This document shows, piece after piece, positions 9,575 through 19,807 of a DNA stretch of 64,000 nt. Numbering within the stretch: position 1 is the first letter of the stretch; each line of letters starts with the position of its first letter. Source of the stretch: Coprothermobacterota bacterium (GTDB taxonomy: Bacteria > Coprothermobacterota > HKB111); the NCBI GenBank assembly GCA_037446255.1, contig JBBIIY010000001.1, positions 74,550 through 138,549 on the forward strand, written 5' to 3'. The notes below the pieces were generated by a model that saw only the letters and a program-made list of their open reading frames with translations, had not been told where the DNA came from and ran no database searches. The translations under genes were made by a program, and so were the position numbers.

Positions 9575-10556
9575 CTTTGATGAAGTGAAGATTTTTTCAG
9601 GTAGCGGTAACCTGGAGTTGTCCAGAAAGGTGGCTAACTATATCGGCTTACCCCTGGGTGATATTGCCTTGAGTAAATTTGCTGACGGCGAAATTAATGT
9701 GCAGATAAAAGAAAGCGTCAGAGGACTGGATATTTTTCTTATTCAATCAACCTGCAGGCCAGTAAACGAAAATTATATGGAACTGTTAATTATTGTTGAT
9801 GCTTTAAGACGAGCTTCTGCGAGATCTATAAATGTTATAACCCCTTATTTTGGCTATGCTCGTCAGGATAGAAAAGCCAAAGGAAGAGAGCCTATAACAG
9901 CCAAATTAATGGCTAATCTATTAACCGCTGCAGGGACTAGCCGAATGGTGGCAGTTGATTTACATAGTGGTCAAATTCAGGGATTTTTTGATATTCCCCT
10001 GGATAACTTAAGTTCGCTTTATATTTTTTATAATTATTTAAGAAAGAAAAACCTTTCTGAGGTGGTTATTGCCAGTCCTGATCCCGGAAGTATTGCTCGT
10101 TCCAGATCTTTAGCTGAAGAGTTTCAAGCTCCACTGGCAGTGGTAGATAAAAGAAGACATATGCCCAATGCTTCTGAGGTTATGAATGTAATAGGAGAAG
10201 TAGAGGGAAAAACAGTTATTATGCTTGATGATATAATTGATACTGGAGGGACAGCCGCTCAGGCAGCTATAGAATTGAGAAATAGAGGTGCCAAAGATAT
10301 GTACATTTGTGCTACCCATGCTGTTTTTTCTGATGAAGCCACCAAAAAGCTTCAAAATTGCGGGGTTACCGAAGTTATAGTAACTGATACCATTCCTCTT
10401 TTAGAAAACTGCTTATTCCCCAACCTTACCGTGTTGAGCGTAGCTCCTCTAATCGGGGAAGGGATTGTAAGGATAGTATCCCATAGTTCTATAAGTGAAT
10501 TATTTGAGAAAAAGGTTGGAAAAGAAGATATTCCTTCGCTTTTTGACCATGATTGA
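9567..10556 (+). CDS. prs: Ribose-phosphate pyrophosphokinase
   Basis: MANFDEVKIFSGSGNLELS, the PRPP-binding loop DDIIDTGGT and conserved length. Confidence 0.9.
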   Translation: MANFDEVKIFSGSGNLELSRKVANYIGLPLGDIALSKFADGEINVQIKESVRGLDIFLIQSTCRPVNENYMELLIIVDALRRASARSINVITPYFGYARQDRKAKGREPITAKLMANLLTAAGTSRMVAVDLHSGQIQGFFDIPLDNLSSLYIFYNYLRKKNLSEVVIASPDPGSIARSRSLAEEFQAPLAVVDKRRHMPNASEVMNVIGEVEGKTVIMLDDIIDTGGTAAQAAIELRNRGAKDMYICATHAVFSDEATKKLQNCGVTEVIVTDTIPLLENCLFPNLTVLSVAPLIGEGIVRIVSHSSISELFEKKVGKEDIPSLFDHD

Positions 10557-10563
10557 TAGATAA

Positions 10564-11130
10564 GTGCACCTTTTAATAGGTTTAGGCAATCCCGGAAGGG
10601 AATATATTTTTACCAAGCACAATGCAGGATTTAGAACCCTGGACCTGTTAGCCAGAGAATTTAAACTCAGTTGGATAAAAAAATATCGCGGGTTTTATAG
10701 TTCTTTTATATATAATAGTAAAACTGTAGAAATGATTAAACCTCATACTTATATGAATTTAAGCGGACTTTCTCTGGTTTCATATTTAAAATCACAAAAA
10801 AAGGATTTTTCAGAAATTTCTAATAATATACTGGTCATTCATGATGATTTAGATTTACCTTTAGGGGTAATCAGGTTTAAAAAGGATGGTAGTTCTGGAG
10901 GTCAAAAAGGAGTAGAATCAATAGTTGCAATGATGGGAACTAAATCATTTCCAAGACTAAAAATAGGTATAGGTAGACCGCCTGGAGGAATGAGCGGAGA
11001 AGAATTCGTATTACTACCTTTTAAGGGAGACTCTGTCATATTATTTGAAGAAACGATAGATAGGGCAGTGGTAGCTATAAAGTGCTATCTTGATGAAGGG
11101 ATTTCCTACGCCCAGTCTTTATTTAATTAA
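10564..11130 (+). CDS. pth: Peptidyl-tRNA hydrolase
   Basis: LIGLGNPGREY and HNAG motifs. 188 aa. Confidence 0.9.
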   Translation: MHLLIGLGNPGREYIFTKHNAGFRTLDLLAREFKLSWIKKYRGFYSSFIYNSKTVEMIKPHTYMNLSGLSLVSYLKSQKKDFSEISNNILVIHDDLDLPLGVIRFKKDGSSGGQKGVESIVAMMGTKSFPRLKIGIGRPPGGMSGEEFVLLPFKGDSVILFEETIDRAVVAIKCYLDEGISYAQSLFN

Positions 11131-11132
11131 TT

Positions 11133-14084
11133 TTGGATTTAAATCCTTTAACCTCTTTTATTGATTCAATTTTTTTTCAAGAACTTTCTACTCATTTAAA
11201 AAAAGAAAAAGGTGTTAACCTCTTAGCTTCCAAACCTCAGTCCTGGTCATTGCTATTTACCGCTTTAAGCCAGATTAAACCATTGTTAATAATCATCCCT
11301 TTTAAAGAGGCTTATATTCTTTCACTGGAAATGGTCTCCTGGGGTAACGAGGTAAAACTCCTTTCCCCCGAAAGCGAAGACCTGGAAAAAGACCTTCTGG
11401 ATTTTTATCAACCTGATAACGTTAGTAAAACTATTTATTTAGCTACCACCGATATTCTCAATTTATCCATAGTTTCCCGGGATACTAAAGAATGGGCAGT
11501 TTATAAAGGGGAAGTAATACCTCGTGATAATTTCGTTAACCTTTTACATTCCCGGGGTTTTCATAGAACTAATATTGTTATGCAACCTAAAGAATATGCT
11601 GTACGGGGTTATATCCTGGATATCTATGAACCAGTAGATAATCAGATTTATAGAATTGAGTTTGATGAAACTGATGAAATAAAGGATATCAGAACGGTTG
11701 ATTTACAAACTCAAATATCCCAGGAACATATATCTTCCTTTTCTATCAAAGGTAGTAAGATTATTTCCAATGAACATTCTCTCCCTTTTTCTAAAACCAT
11801 TCCTGAAAAATATTCATTGATTGCTCTGCAAAAACCCTATCTAGAAGCAGAAGTTGAAGATAACTCCTGTTTAAGAGAACTAAATTGGGATTTGATAATA
11901 AGTACCGAAGAGAAAAAAGAAAATCAATTAAAATTTGAGGTATTAGAGCCTTACCACTTTGATAGTTTTAGTGGACAACAAATCATAATTACAGAGTATG
12001 TAAACCGTGTTAGTAAAATTGTAAAAGATTCAGTTTCAGTATTCAGGGGAAAGATCAGGGCTGGATTCAGTTTACCCTGTAATGAACTTAATGTTATCAG
12101 CGATAAGGAACTGTTTGGCGTAAAAACCAGCACCTATCCGCCTCCAGCAATTCAAAAGCAGGTACCTGTAGAAATTTTAGAGGGTTTTGAAAGAAACTCT
12201 CCCATTGTGCATTTAAACTATGGTATAGGATTATTTAAAGGTCTTAAACCAGTAGAAATAGCTGGGGAGATCGGGGAATTCCTGGAACTGGAGTTTGCTG
12301 GAGGTGATAAATTGTATGTACCTTTTGACCAACTTTTTCAGATCAGGAAATATTCAGGTTCTTCTGATTACTCGCTTTCCTCACTTGATAGCAAAGAGTG
12401 GTTCAAGGTTAAAAAAAGCGCTGAAGATAAAGCTAATATTATAGCCAGTAGACTATTGGAAATTTATGCGGAGAGAAAGCTGCAAAAAGGTTACACCTTT
12501 CAATTAGATGAAGAAGGAGAAGAAGAATTTAAAAAAGGGTTTCTTTATGAAGAGACCCCCGACCAGCTTAAAACTATTCAGGAAGTTAAAGCAGATATGG
12601 GTTCATCTATTATTATGGACCGCCTTATTTGTGGTGATGTGGGGTATGGAAAAACCGAAGTTGCTCTGAGAGCATCTTTCCATGCAGTTTTTAATTATAA
12701 ACAGGTTGCTCTGCTAGCTCCCACCACCATTCTGGCTCATCAGCATTATTTACTCTTTAAGGAAAGATTTTCTCCCTTCCCTGTAAATGTCGGAGTTCTC
12801 TCCAGTTTTATCTCCCGCGAGGAAATTAAAAAAACTTTAACTGGAATGAAAGATGGTTTGGTGGATATCGTTATTGGTACCCATAGTTTGTTGCAAAAAG
12901 ATATATTATTCAAGAATCTCGGTTTATTGATAATTGATGAAGAACACAAGTTTGGTGTTTTGCAGAAAGAAAAGATAAAAGATCTTAAAATGAATGTTGA
13001 CACCCTTTCTCTGAGCGCTACCCCTATACCCCGAACTTTGAAAATGTCTCTGGAAGGTATCAAAGAAATTAGTCTGCTTTATACACCTCCTCTGGGTAGA
13101 TTGGAGGTGAAAGTGATAAATAAACCCTATGATTTAATGATGATTAAAGAAGCTATAGAAAGGGAAGTAAAAAGGGGAGGACAGGTGTTTTATGTTCATA
13201 ATAGAATTAAAACCCTATTTACAGTGGAAGAGAAATTAAAGAAAGTGGTTCCTCATGTTTCAATCGGAGTTGCTCATGGTCAAATGGACAAAAGAAAGCT
13301 TGAAAATATTATGTGGAAGTTTTATAGTGGAGATATAAAGGTGCTTTTATCTACAACTATTATTGAATCAGGATTGGACATTCCCCAGGCAAATACTCTT
13401 ATTGTGGAAGATGCACAAAATCTTGGTCTGTCGGAATTGTACCAACTCAGGGGAAGGGTAGGGCGGTCCAATGTCAGAGGATATGTGTACTTATTTTATT
13501 CTCCCAAAAGCTTAACCAGAGAAGCCGAAGAAAGACTTAATGCTATTACTGAAAACTCTGGTTTAGGCTCGGGCTTCCGTATAGCAGTTAGAGACATGGA
13601 AATAAGAGGTACCGGTAATTTCTTTGGTCCTGAGCAACATGGAAATATTGTAAAAGTAGGGCTTGATCTTTTTACGGAAATGGTAGTGAAGAAATTGAAA
13701 GGTACTTCTGAAAGTAATCAACAATCAGTCCCTATAATCAATGTAACTACTGACTGTCAGGCGTATTTACCGGTGTATTACATAGCAGATGAAGCCTTAA
13801 GGTTATATTTTTATAAAAAACTGAGTGGTTGTTCTTCCAGTGAGGAAATTTTGATTCTTAAAGAAGAATTAATTGATAGGTTTGGAAATATCCCTGAAGA
13901 AGCCGATAACTTATTTAAGATAGTACTATTTAAAAGAAAAGCAGAGGAGTTCAAAGCTAAAGAGTTAGTGATAAAAAAAGGTGAAGTTTTCCTTATTTTT
14001 GATAAAATAATTCCCAAAGAAGATTATCATCTTTTTAAAGAAAGTAAGGTAATTAAAAAGTTTATGGCGGTATATGATTTTTAA
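11133..14084 (+). CDS. mfd: Transcription-repair coupling factor Mfd, compact 983-aa form
   Basis: CGDVGYGKTEVALRA Walker A, DEEHKFGV DEAH box, helicase motifs LSATPIPRT and QLRGRVGRS, and a C-terminal TRCF domain. Confidence 0.9.
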   Translation: MDLNPLTSFIDSIFFQELSTHLKKEKGVNLLASKPQSWSLLFTALSQIKPLLIIIPFKEAYILSLEMVSWGNEVKLLSPESEDLEKDLLDFYQPDNVSKTIYLATTDILNLSIVSRDTKEWAVYKGEVIPRDNFVNLLHSRGFHRTNIVMQPKEYAVRGYILDIYEPVDNQIYRIEFDETDEIKDIRTVDLQTQISQEHISSFSIKGSKIISNEHSLPFSKTIPEKYSLIALQKPYLEAEVEDNSCLRELNWDLIISTEEKKENQLKFEVLEPYHFDSFSGQQIIITEYVNRVSKIVKDSVSVFRGKIRAGFSLPCNELNVISDKELFGVKTSTYPPPAIQKQVPVEILEGFERNSPIVHLNYGIGLFKGLKPVEIAGEIGEFLELEFAGGDKLYVPFDQLFQIRKYSGSSDYSLSSLDSKEWFKVKKSAEDKANIIASRLLEIYAERKLQKGYTFQLDEEGEEEFKKGFLYEETPDQLKTIQEVKADMGSSIIMDRLICGDVGYGKTEVALRASFHAVFNYKQVALLAPTTILAHQHYLLFKERFSPFPVNVGVLSSFISREEIKKTLTGMKDGLVDIVIGTHSLLQKDILFKNLGLLIIDEEHKFGVLQKEKIKDLKMNVDTLSLSATPIPRTLKMSLEGIKEISLLYTPPLGRLEVKVINKPYDLMMIKEAIEREVKRGGQVFYVHNRIKTLFTVEEKLKKVVPHVSIGVAHGQMDKRKLENIMWKFYSGDIKVLLSTTIIESGLDIPQANTLIVEDAQNLGLSELYQLRGRVGRSNVRGYVYLFYSPKSLTREAEERLNAITENSGLGSGFRIAVRDMEIRGTGNFFGPEQHGNIVKVGLDLFTEMVVKKLKGTSESNQQSVPIINVTTDCQAYLPVYYIADEALRLYFYKKLSGCSSSEEILILKEELIDRFGNIPEEADNLFKIVLFKRKAEEFKAKELVIKKGEVFLIFDKIIPKEDYHLFKESKVIKKFMAVYDF

Positions 14085-14102
14085 GATTTGGTATAATAAT
14101 TA

Positions 14103-16838
14103 ATGAGTTACGATAAAACATTAAATTTACCCAAAACCAATTTTTCTATGAAAGCTAATCTTACTCAGAAAGAGCCAATGTGGTTGGAATTCTGGGAAAA
14201 AACTGATATTTACAATAAATTGTTAGCTATCAATGAAGGCAGTAAAAATTTTATTTTACACGATGGACCGCCTTATGCTAATGGAGATATTCATATTGGT
14301 CATGCGCTTAATAAAATACTGAAAGATACTATTGTACGCTATAAATCTATGAAAGGATATTATTCTCCCTATGTTCCCGGGTGGGATTGCCACGGACTTC
14401 CAACCGAGCAGGAAGTGGCTAAAAGACTGAAAATTGATAGAAAAACAGTTTCTATTACTGAATGGAGACAAAAATGCCGAGAAACAGCCTGGTTGTATAT
14501 TAACCGACAGAGGGAGCAATTTAAAAGGTTAGGTATTTTTGGAGAGTGGGATAATCCGTATATAACCCTGGATAATGCCTACGAAGCTACCCAGATTAAT
14601 GTTTTTTCGGAAATGTATTTTAAAGGATACCTTTATCGCGATTTTAAAACTGTTCTCTGGTGTCCTCATTGCGAAACCTCGTTGGCTGATGCCGAAATTG
14701 AATACGAAGATAAGTACTCTCATTCAATCTATGTAAAATTTCCCTTGATAGACGAACCCGGAACTTTTTTCCTCATCTGGACCACAACACCCTGGACATT
14801 ACCGGGAAACCGAGCTGTAGCTGTTCATCCTGAGGGGAAATATATAGTTGCTGAGTTTGGAAATGAAAAAATAATTCTTCTTGTAGAAAGACTTTCTGAT
14901 ATTCAAAGCCAAACTGGACTCAAAAACGGTTTAATAAGCAAAACTGTGTTAGGAAAAGAGTTAGCAGGGTTAGGCTATTACCATCCATTGTTGGGAACTT
15001 CCCAAAAAGTTCTTGTAGAAGATTGGGTATCACTTGAGGAAGGGTCAGGCATTGTACATATTGCGCCTGGTCATGGAGAAATAGACCATTTAACTGGGAA
15101 AAAGCATGGTTTAGACCTGCAATCACCCGTAGATGAGAGAGGTATATTAACTGTTGAAGCAGGACAATTTTCTGGTTTATCTTATAAAGATGCTGAAAAG
15201 GAAATATTACAATATTTAACCAACCATAATTTACTTTTTTGGTCGGGAAAGTTACAACATAGTTATCCGCACTGCTGGAGATGTCATAAACCGGTTATTT
15301 ACAGGGCAGCTTTGCAATGGTTTGTAGATGTAGATAAATACCGGACCCGGGCATTAGAGAGTATTGACGAGGTTAAATGGTTGCCTGAAGGAACGGTAAA
15401 CCGCATTAAATCTATGGTAGAAAGTCGTCCAGATTGGTGCCTATCTCGCCAGAGAGCCTGGGGAGTTCCTATACCGGTTTTTTATTGCAAAAACTGCCAT
15501 GAAGTAGTTTTGAATAAAGAAATTGTCCAACATCTTACTGCTTTGTTTTTACAACACAGTTCCGATATCTGGTTTGAAAATGATGAAAAACAGCTTTTAC
15601 CACCTGATACCAGGTGTTTTAACTGCCAGAGCGATAATTTTGATAAAGAAAAAGATATTATGGATGTGTGGTTTGATTCTGGAATTTCGCATTATGCAGT
15701 TCTGGAAAAAAGGAAGGAATTAGGCTGGCCAGCTGACCTTTATCTGGAAGGTTCAGACCAGCATAGAGGTTGGTTCCAGACCTCGCTTTTAACCTCTATC
15801 CCTCTTAAACATTACGCACCCTATAAAATAGTGTTCACCAGTGGATGGATAGTAGATGAAAAAGGAAGAACTATGCATAAATCACTGGGGAATGTCATCA
15901 GTCCTTTAGAAGTAATTAATAAACATGGTGCTGATGTTCTCAGATTGGCCCTTACCGGATCCGATTTCAGCAGAGATGTATCGGTTTCTAAAGATATTTT
16001 GGAACAGTTTTCCAATATCTATCGTAAGATAAGAAATACGATAAGATTTATGTTGGGTAATCTTCAGGATTATAAAGAAACAGAAGAGGTATCTTACGCT
16101 GAATTAGGCGAATTAAATCAATGGATTCTACACAGGTTAAACAACCTGGTAAGTGATGTTAGTGAAGCAATGGATGAATATAAATTCTATAGGTTTCATC
16201 ATCTTTTACATGATTTCTGCGAAAAAGATTTGAGTGCTTTTTATTTGGATGTTTTAAAAGATAGGTTATATGTTTTACATCCAGAGCATCCAAGAAGGAA
16301 ATCCGCCCAAACCACTCTTTATCATATTTTAAACACTATAACCTCAATGATGTCGCCAATATTACCCTTCACTTCGGAAGAAGTTTTTGCAGAACTCAGG
16401 CAAATTTCAAACTACCTTCCAATTAGCGTCCATTTAACAGTTTTTCCCACCAGAAAAGAAGATTATTTCAGGGCTGACTTGGAAGAGAAGTATAGTAAGA
16501 TATTGTATTTTAGAGAAGAAGTCAATAGAGAATTAGAAATAGCCAGGAGAAATAATCTGATTGGGAGCTCACTGGAAGCAAAAGTGACAATTTATGCTGA
16601 TAAAGAGAATATTTCTTTTCTGGAACAGGTTGGTGTTAAAGAACTGGAGGATATTTTTATAATATCCAAGTTGGATTTACAGATTAATGATAATCCTGTT
16701 GAGAATATACATATTTCGCACTCTGAAGGACAAAAATGTGAAAGGTGTTGGAAATGGAGTGTAAGTGTGGGGAAAAATGAAGAACATCCTACAATTTGCC
16801 GTAGATGTGTGCAAGAAGTCTCTGGTATTAAAGTATGA
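14103..16838 (+). CDS. ileS: Isoleucine--tRNA ligase (type 1, C-terminal Zn finger)
   Basis: PPYANGDIHIGHALNK (HIGH), TMHKSLGN (KMSKS) and C-terminal CERCWKW...CRRC. Confidence 0.95.
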   Translation: MSYDKTLNLPKTNFSMKANLTQKEPMWLEFWEKTDIYNKLLAINEGSKNFILHDGPPYANGDIHIGHALNKILKDTIVRYKSMKGYYSPYVPGWDCHGLPTEQEVAKRLKIDRKTVSITEWRQKCRETAWLYINRQREQFKRLGIFGEWDNPYITLDNAYEATQINVFSEMYFKGYLYRDFKTVLWCPHCETSLADAEIEYEDKYSHSIYVKFPLIDEPGTFFLIWTTTPWTLPGNRAVAVHPEGKYIVAEFGNEKIILLVERLSDIQSQTGLKNGLISKTVLGKELAGLGYYHPLLGTSQKVLVEDWVSLEEGSGIVHIAPGHGEIDHLTGKKHGLDLQSPVDERGILTVEAGQFSGLSYKDAEKEILQYLTNHNLLFWSGKLQHSYPHCWRCHKPVIYRAALQWFVDVDKYRTRALESIDEVKWLPEGTVNRIKSMVESRPDWCLSRQRAWGVPIPVFYCKNCHEVVLNKEIVQHLTALFLQHSSDIWFENDEKQLLPPDTRCFNCQSDNFDKEKDIMDVWFDSGISHYAVLEKRKELGWPADLYLEGSDQHRGWFQTSLLTSIPLKHYAPYKIVFTSGWIVDEKGRTMHKSLGNVISPLEVINKHGADVLRLALTGSDFSRDVSVSKDILEQFSNIYRKIRNTIRFMLGNLQDYKETEEVSYAELGELNQWILHRLNNLVSDVSEAMDEYKFYRFHHLLHDFCEKDLSAFYLDVLKDRLYVLHPEHPRRKSAQTTLYHILNTITSMMSPILPFTSEEVFAELRQISNYLPISVHLTVFPTRKEDYFRADLEEKYSKILYFREEVNRELEIARRNNLIGSSLEAKVTIYADKENISFLEQVGVKELEDIFIISKLDLQINDNPVENIHISHSEGQKCERCWKWSVSVGKNEEHPTICRRCVQEVSGIKV

Positions 16839-17599
16839 TTCTAATCTCCAACGATGACGGTATTCATTCTGAAGGCATATATAACTTAGCTGATGCTGTA
16901 AAAGATCTGGACCAAGTTACAATTTTTGCTCCTGATAGCGAGCGAAGTGCTGTTTCTCATGGCTTGACTTTACATAAACCATTAAGGATGAAAAAAACTA
17001 ATTTCAGAATTAATGACATTGAAGCTTATGCAGTAAATGGCACACCAGCTGATTGTGTGGTTCTTGGACTGTATAAACTAAAAGATAATAAACCTAAATT
17101 GATTCTTTCAGGTATAAACAGGGGTCCCAACATCGGAGTTGATGTTTTTTATTCAGGAACCCTGGCTGGAGCGGTAGAAGGTTATATAGCTGGGTTACCG
17201 GCTGTGGCTTTTTCTCTGGCCAGTTTTACCAATCTTCATTGGGAAACTGCTAATCGCGTTGCTTCATATATCTCCTCCCTGGTTATTGAATATGGGCTAC
17301 CTTCAAAAATGGTTCTTAATGTTAATATTCCTAATTTACCTTACGAGAAAATAAAGGGATATAAGTGTACATATTTAGGGGGGTGGGAGTATCGTAATCA
17401 GCTTGAGGAAAAAATTGACCCCAGAAAAGAAAGTTATTTCTGGCTTTCCGAACACATAGCCCATGTACCGACCGGAGATAATAGTGATGTTAAAGCCATA
17501 AGGGATGGCTTTGTATCCGTAACTCCACTCAGTTATATTTTTGATTCTCCTGAATGCTTTTCAACTATTTCTCAATGGTTTGTAAATCAGGAGGTGTGA
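16835..17599 (+). CDS. surE: 5'/3'-nucleotidase SurE
   Basis: MILISNDDGIHSEGI N-terminus with SurE length and motifs. Confidence 0.9.
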   Translation: MILISNDDGIHSEGIYNLADAVKDLDQVTIFAPDSERSAVSHGLTLHKPLRMKKTNFRINDIEAYAVNGTPADCVVLGLYKLKDNKPKLILSGINRGPNIGVDVFYSGTLAGAVEGYIAGLPAVAFSLASFTNLHWETANRVASYISSLVIEYGLPSKMVLNVNIPNLPYEKIKGYKCTYLGGWEYRNQLEEKIDPRKESYFWLSEHIAHVPTGDNSDVKAIRDGFVSVTPLSYIFDSPECFSTISQWFVNQEV

Positions 17600-17617
17600 T
17601 TAATTTTTCTTGATAGA

Positions 17618-18835
17618 GTGAAGTTAAACATTAAAGGTGGAAGAGGTGGTAAAGGGTCTCTTAGCTTTGAAAAAAAGAAGTTTTTTCCCCGAGGAGGTCC
17701 TGACGGAGGAGATGGGGGGCAGGGGGGAAATGTGATTCTGAAAGTATCCGAAAAACTTTACGACTTATCTGGTTTTTCCAACAAGATATCATTCGTGGCT
17801 GAAGATGGATTACCAGGTCAAAAAAGAAAGAAAGCTGGAAGGTCGGGAAAAAACCTGATTATTGAGGTGCCTCCAGGAACCCGGGTAATTGATGTTCTCC
17901 AGAATTATCTGATCATTGATATGATTAGTCCTCATCAGGAGTATCTTCTTGTTAGAGGTGGTAAAGGGGGTAGAGGAAATGTCCACTATAAATCATCTGT
18001 CAATAGGTCTCCGAGATATGCTGAGTGGGGTGAAATAGGTGATGAAAAATCAATATTTTTAGACTTATCTCTGGTATTAGATGTGGCTATTCTGGGAGCT
18101 CCCAATAGCGGGAAATCTTTGCTTTTAAATAAAATTACTAATGCCCAGATTGATACAGGTATTTATCCTTATACTACTAAAGTACCTGTACTGGGAGTCC
18201 TCAAAGGCGATCCTCCACTGGTATTAGGAGAAATTCCTGCTTTTAAGGATGCTCAGGAAAATTTGAAGTATGCCAAACATATAGAGAGGGCCAGGGTTTT
18301 TGTTTTAGTATTGGATGTGTCTTCCGTTGAATCTGCACAATGGATATTGGACATTATTATCCGGTATTCTTTAAAAAACATACTAATAGTATTTAATAAA
18401 GTGGATTTAGATGACAGCGAGGGGTTAATTAACGAATTTCTAAGCAAACTTACTGATTTAACAGGCCAACAAACCAGATATGTAAAGGCATCTGCTGATA
18501 GTGGCGAAGGAATTGTGGAGCTTAAGCAGGCTATTTATAGTTTATATACGGAGCCTATTAATTACGATTCTGATATTTCTAAAGAAAAAATAGTTCCAGA
18601 TGAATTTCCCTTACCCTTAGTAATTAAGTTAGAATCTGGTGATTTTGAGATAAAATGCCATGAAATTGAAAAATCTCTCTCCTCTATTAATATTGATACC
18701 CGTGAAGGATTAAAACGGTTACAGAAAAAGGTAAGAGATGCTGGTTTGGAAAAACTTCTGATTAAAGAAGGAATAAAGCCTTTTGACCGGGTTAAAATAG
18801 GTGACACCTGGTTTACTTACTTAGCCGATGAGTAA
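17618..18835 (+). CDS. obg: GTPase Obg/CgtA
   Basis: Gly-rich Obg fold (GGRGGKGS, GGPDGGDGGQGG), G-domain GAPNSGKS and a C-terminal OCT-like domain. GTG start. Confidence 0.9.
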   Translation: MKLNIKGGRGGKGSLSFEKKKFFPRGGPDGGDGGQGGNVILKVSEKLYDLSGFSNKISFVAEDGLPGQKRKKAGRSGKNLIIEVPPGTRVIDVLQNYLIIDMISPHQEYLLVRGGKGGRGNVHYKSSVNRSPRYAEWGEIGDEKSIFLDLSLVLDVAILGAPNSGKSLLLNKITNAQIDTGIYPYTTKVPVLGVLKGDPPLVLGEIPAFKDAQENLKYAKHIERARVFVLVLDVSSVESAQWILDIIIRYSLKNILIVFNKVDLDDSEGLINEFLSKLTDLTGQQTRYVKASADSGEGIVELKQAIYSLYTEPINYDSDISKEKIVPDEFPLPLVIKLESGDFEIKCHEIEKSLSSINIDTREGLKRLQKKVRDAGLEKLLIKEGIKPFDRVKIGDTWFTYLADE

Positions 18836-19436
18836 TAAGAAATATGGTTTAATTGGAGGAACCTTTGACCCTGTGCATATCGGTCATTTATTAAATGCCC
18901 AGTATGCTGTTGAGTTTCTGAATCTAACGCATTTTTATTTCATTCCGGCTTTTATTCCACCCCATAAACAGAATATTTTCATAACACCCTACCAACACCG
19001 ATTGATGATGCTTGAATTAGCCTGCAGGAATAATGAAAAATTTGCTATTCTCAATTTAGAAATAGAAAGAGGTGGAATTTCTTATACTGTGGAAACTTTA
19101 AAGGAGTTAAGAAAACTCTGGGGAGAGAAAGATGAGATATATTATCTTTTAGGTACTGACTCATTTTTGGAACTTCCAACCTGGAATAACCCCAGAGAAA
19201 TTTCTTCTTTAGCAAAATTGGTGGTACTGATGAAAAATCAAAAACAATACACCCCTGATGAGTTTAAAAAAGTATGTGACCTCCTTGCTCCATCATCAAT
19301 TATGGAAATACCAGGTAGGGTTATTGATATTAGAGCTTCAGAAATTAGAAAACGAGTAAAACATGGTCTATCCATAAAGTATATGGTGACTAAGGAAGTT
19401 GAAGATTACATATATACCAATAAACTTTATATATAA
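18828..19436 (+). CDS. nadD: Nicotinate-nucleotide adenylyltransferase
   Basis: GGTFDPVHIGHL (GGxFxPxHxxH) motif. 202 aa. Confidence 0.85.
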   Translation: MSNKKYGLIGGTFDPVHIGHLLNAQYAVEFLNLTHFYFIPAFIPPHKQNIFITPYQHRLMMLELACRNNEKFAILNLEIERGGISYTVETLKELRKLWGEKDEIYYLLGTDSFLELPTWNNPREISSLAKLVVLMKNQKQYTPDEFKKVCDLLAPSSIMEIPGRVIDIRASEIRKRVKHGLSIKYMVTKEVEDYIYTNKLYI

Positions 19437-19450
19437 AGGAGGAAAGAAAA

Positions 19451-19807
19451 CTGGAGCAGACAGAAAATGATTTATATAACAAGGTAGTAACATTATTATG
19501 TAATTTACAGGTTGAACAACTGGTGTCCATTGATGTGAGAAGCAACACTGCTCTTTTTGACTACCTCATGGTAGGAACTGTCACTTCTTCGGCTCATGCT
19601 GGGGGTGTAGTTAAAACTTTATTAGAGGACCGTGATTTAAAGAAGAACATTATTGGTGTTGAAGGTGCTGATCAAAGCGGATGGATTCTAATTGATTTTG
19701 ACCATTTTCTATTAAATTTAATGGACGACCAGACCCGAGATTATTATCGTCTGGAAGATAAGTGGTATAAATCTTCTATGGTAAAATTATGTGAAACGCC
19801 TGAGTGA
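19451..19807 (+). CDS. rsfS: Ribosomal silencing factor RsfS (Iojap). The proposed start is a CTG at 19451, upstream of the track's GTG at 19523.
   Basis: ALFDYLMVGTVTSSAHAGGVVKTLLED...WILIDFDHFLLNLM RsfS core. The in-frame upstream extension ELYNKVVTLLCNLQVEQLVSIDV is RsfS-like, and AGGAGG at 19437-19442 lies 8 nt before the CTG at 19451. Confidence 0.75.
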   Translation: MEQTENDLYNKVVTLLCNLQVEQLVSIDVRSNTALFDYLMVGTVTSSAHAGGVVKTLLEDRDLKKNIIGVEGADQSGWILIDFDHFLLNLMDDQTRDYYRLEDKWYKSSMVKLCETPE

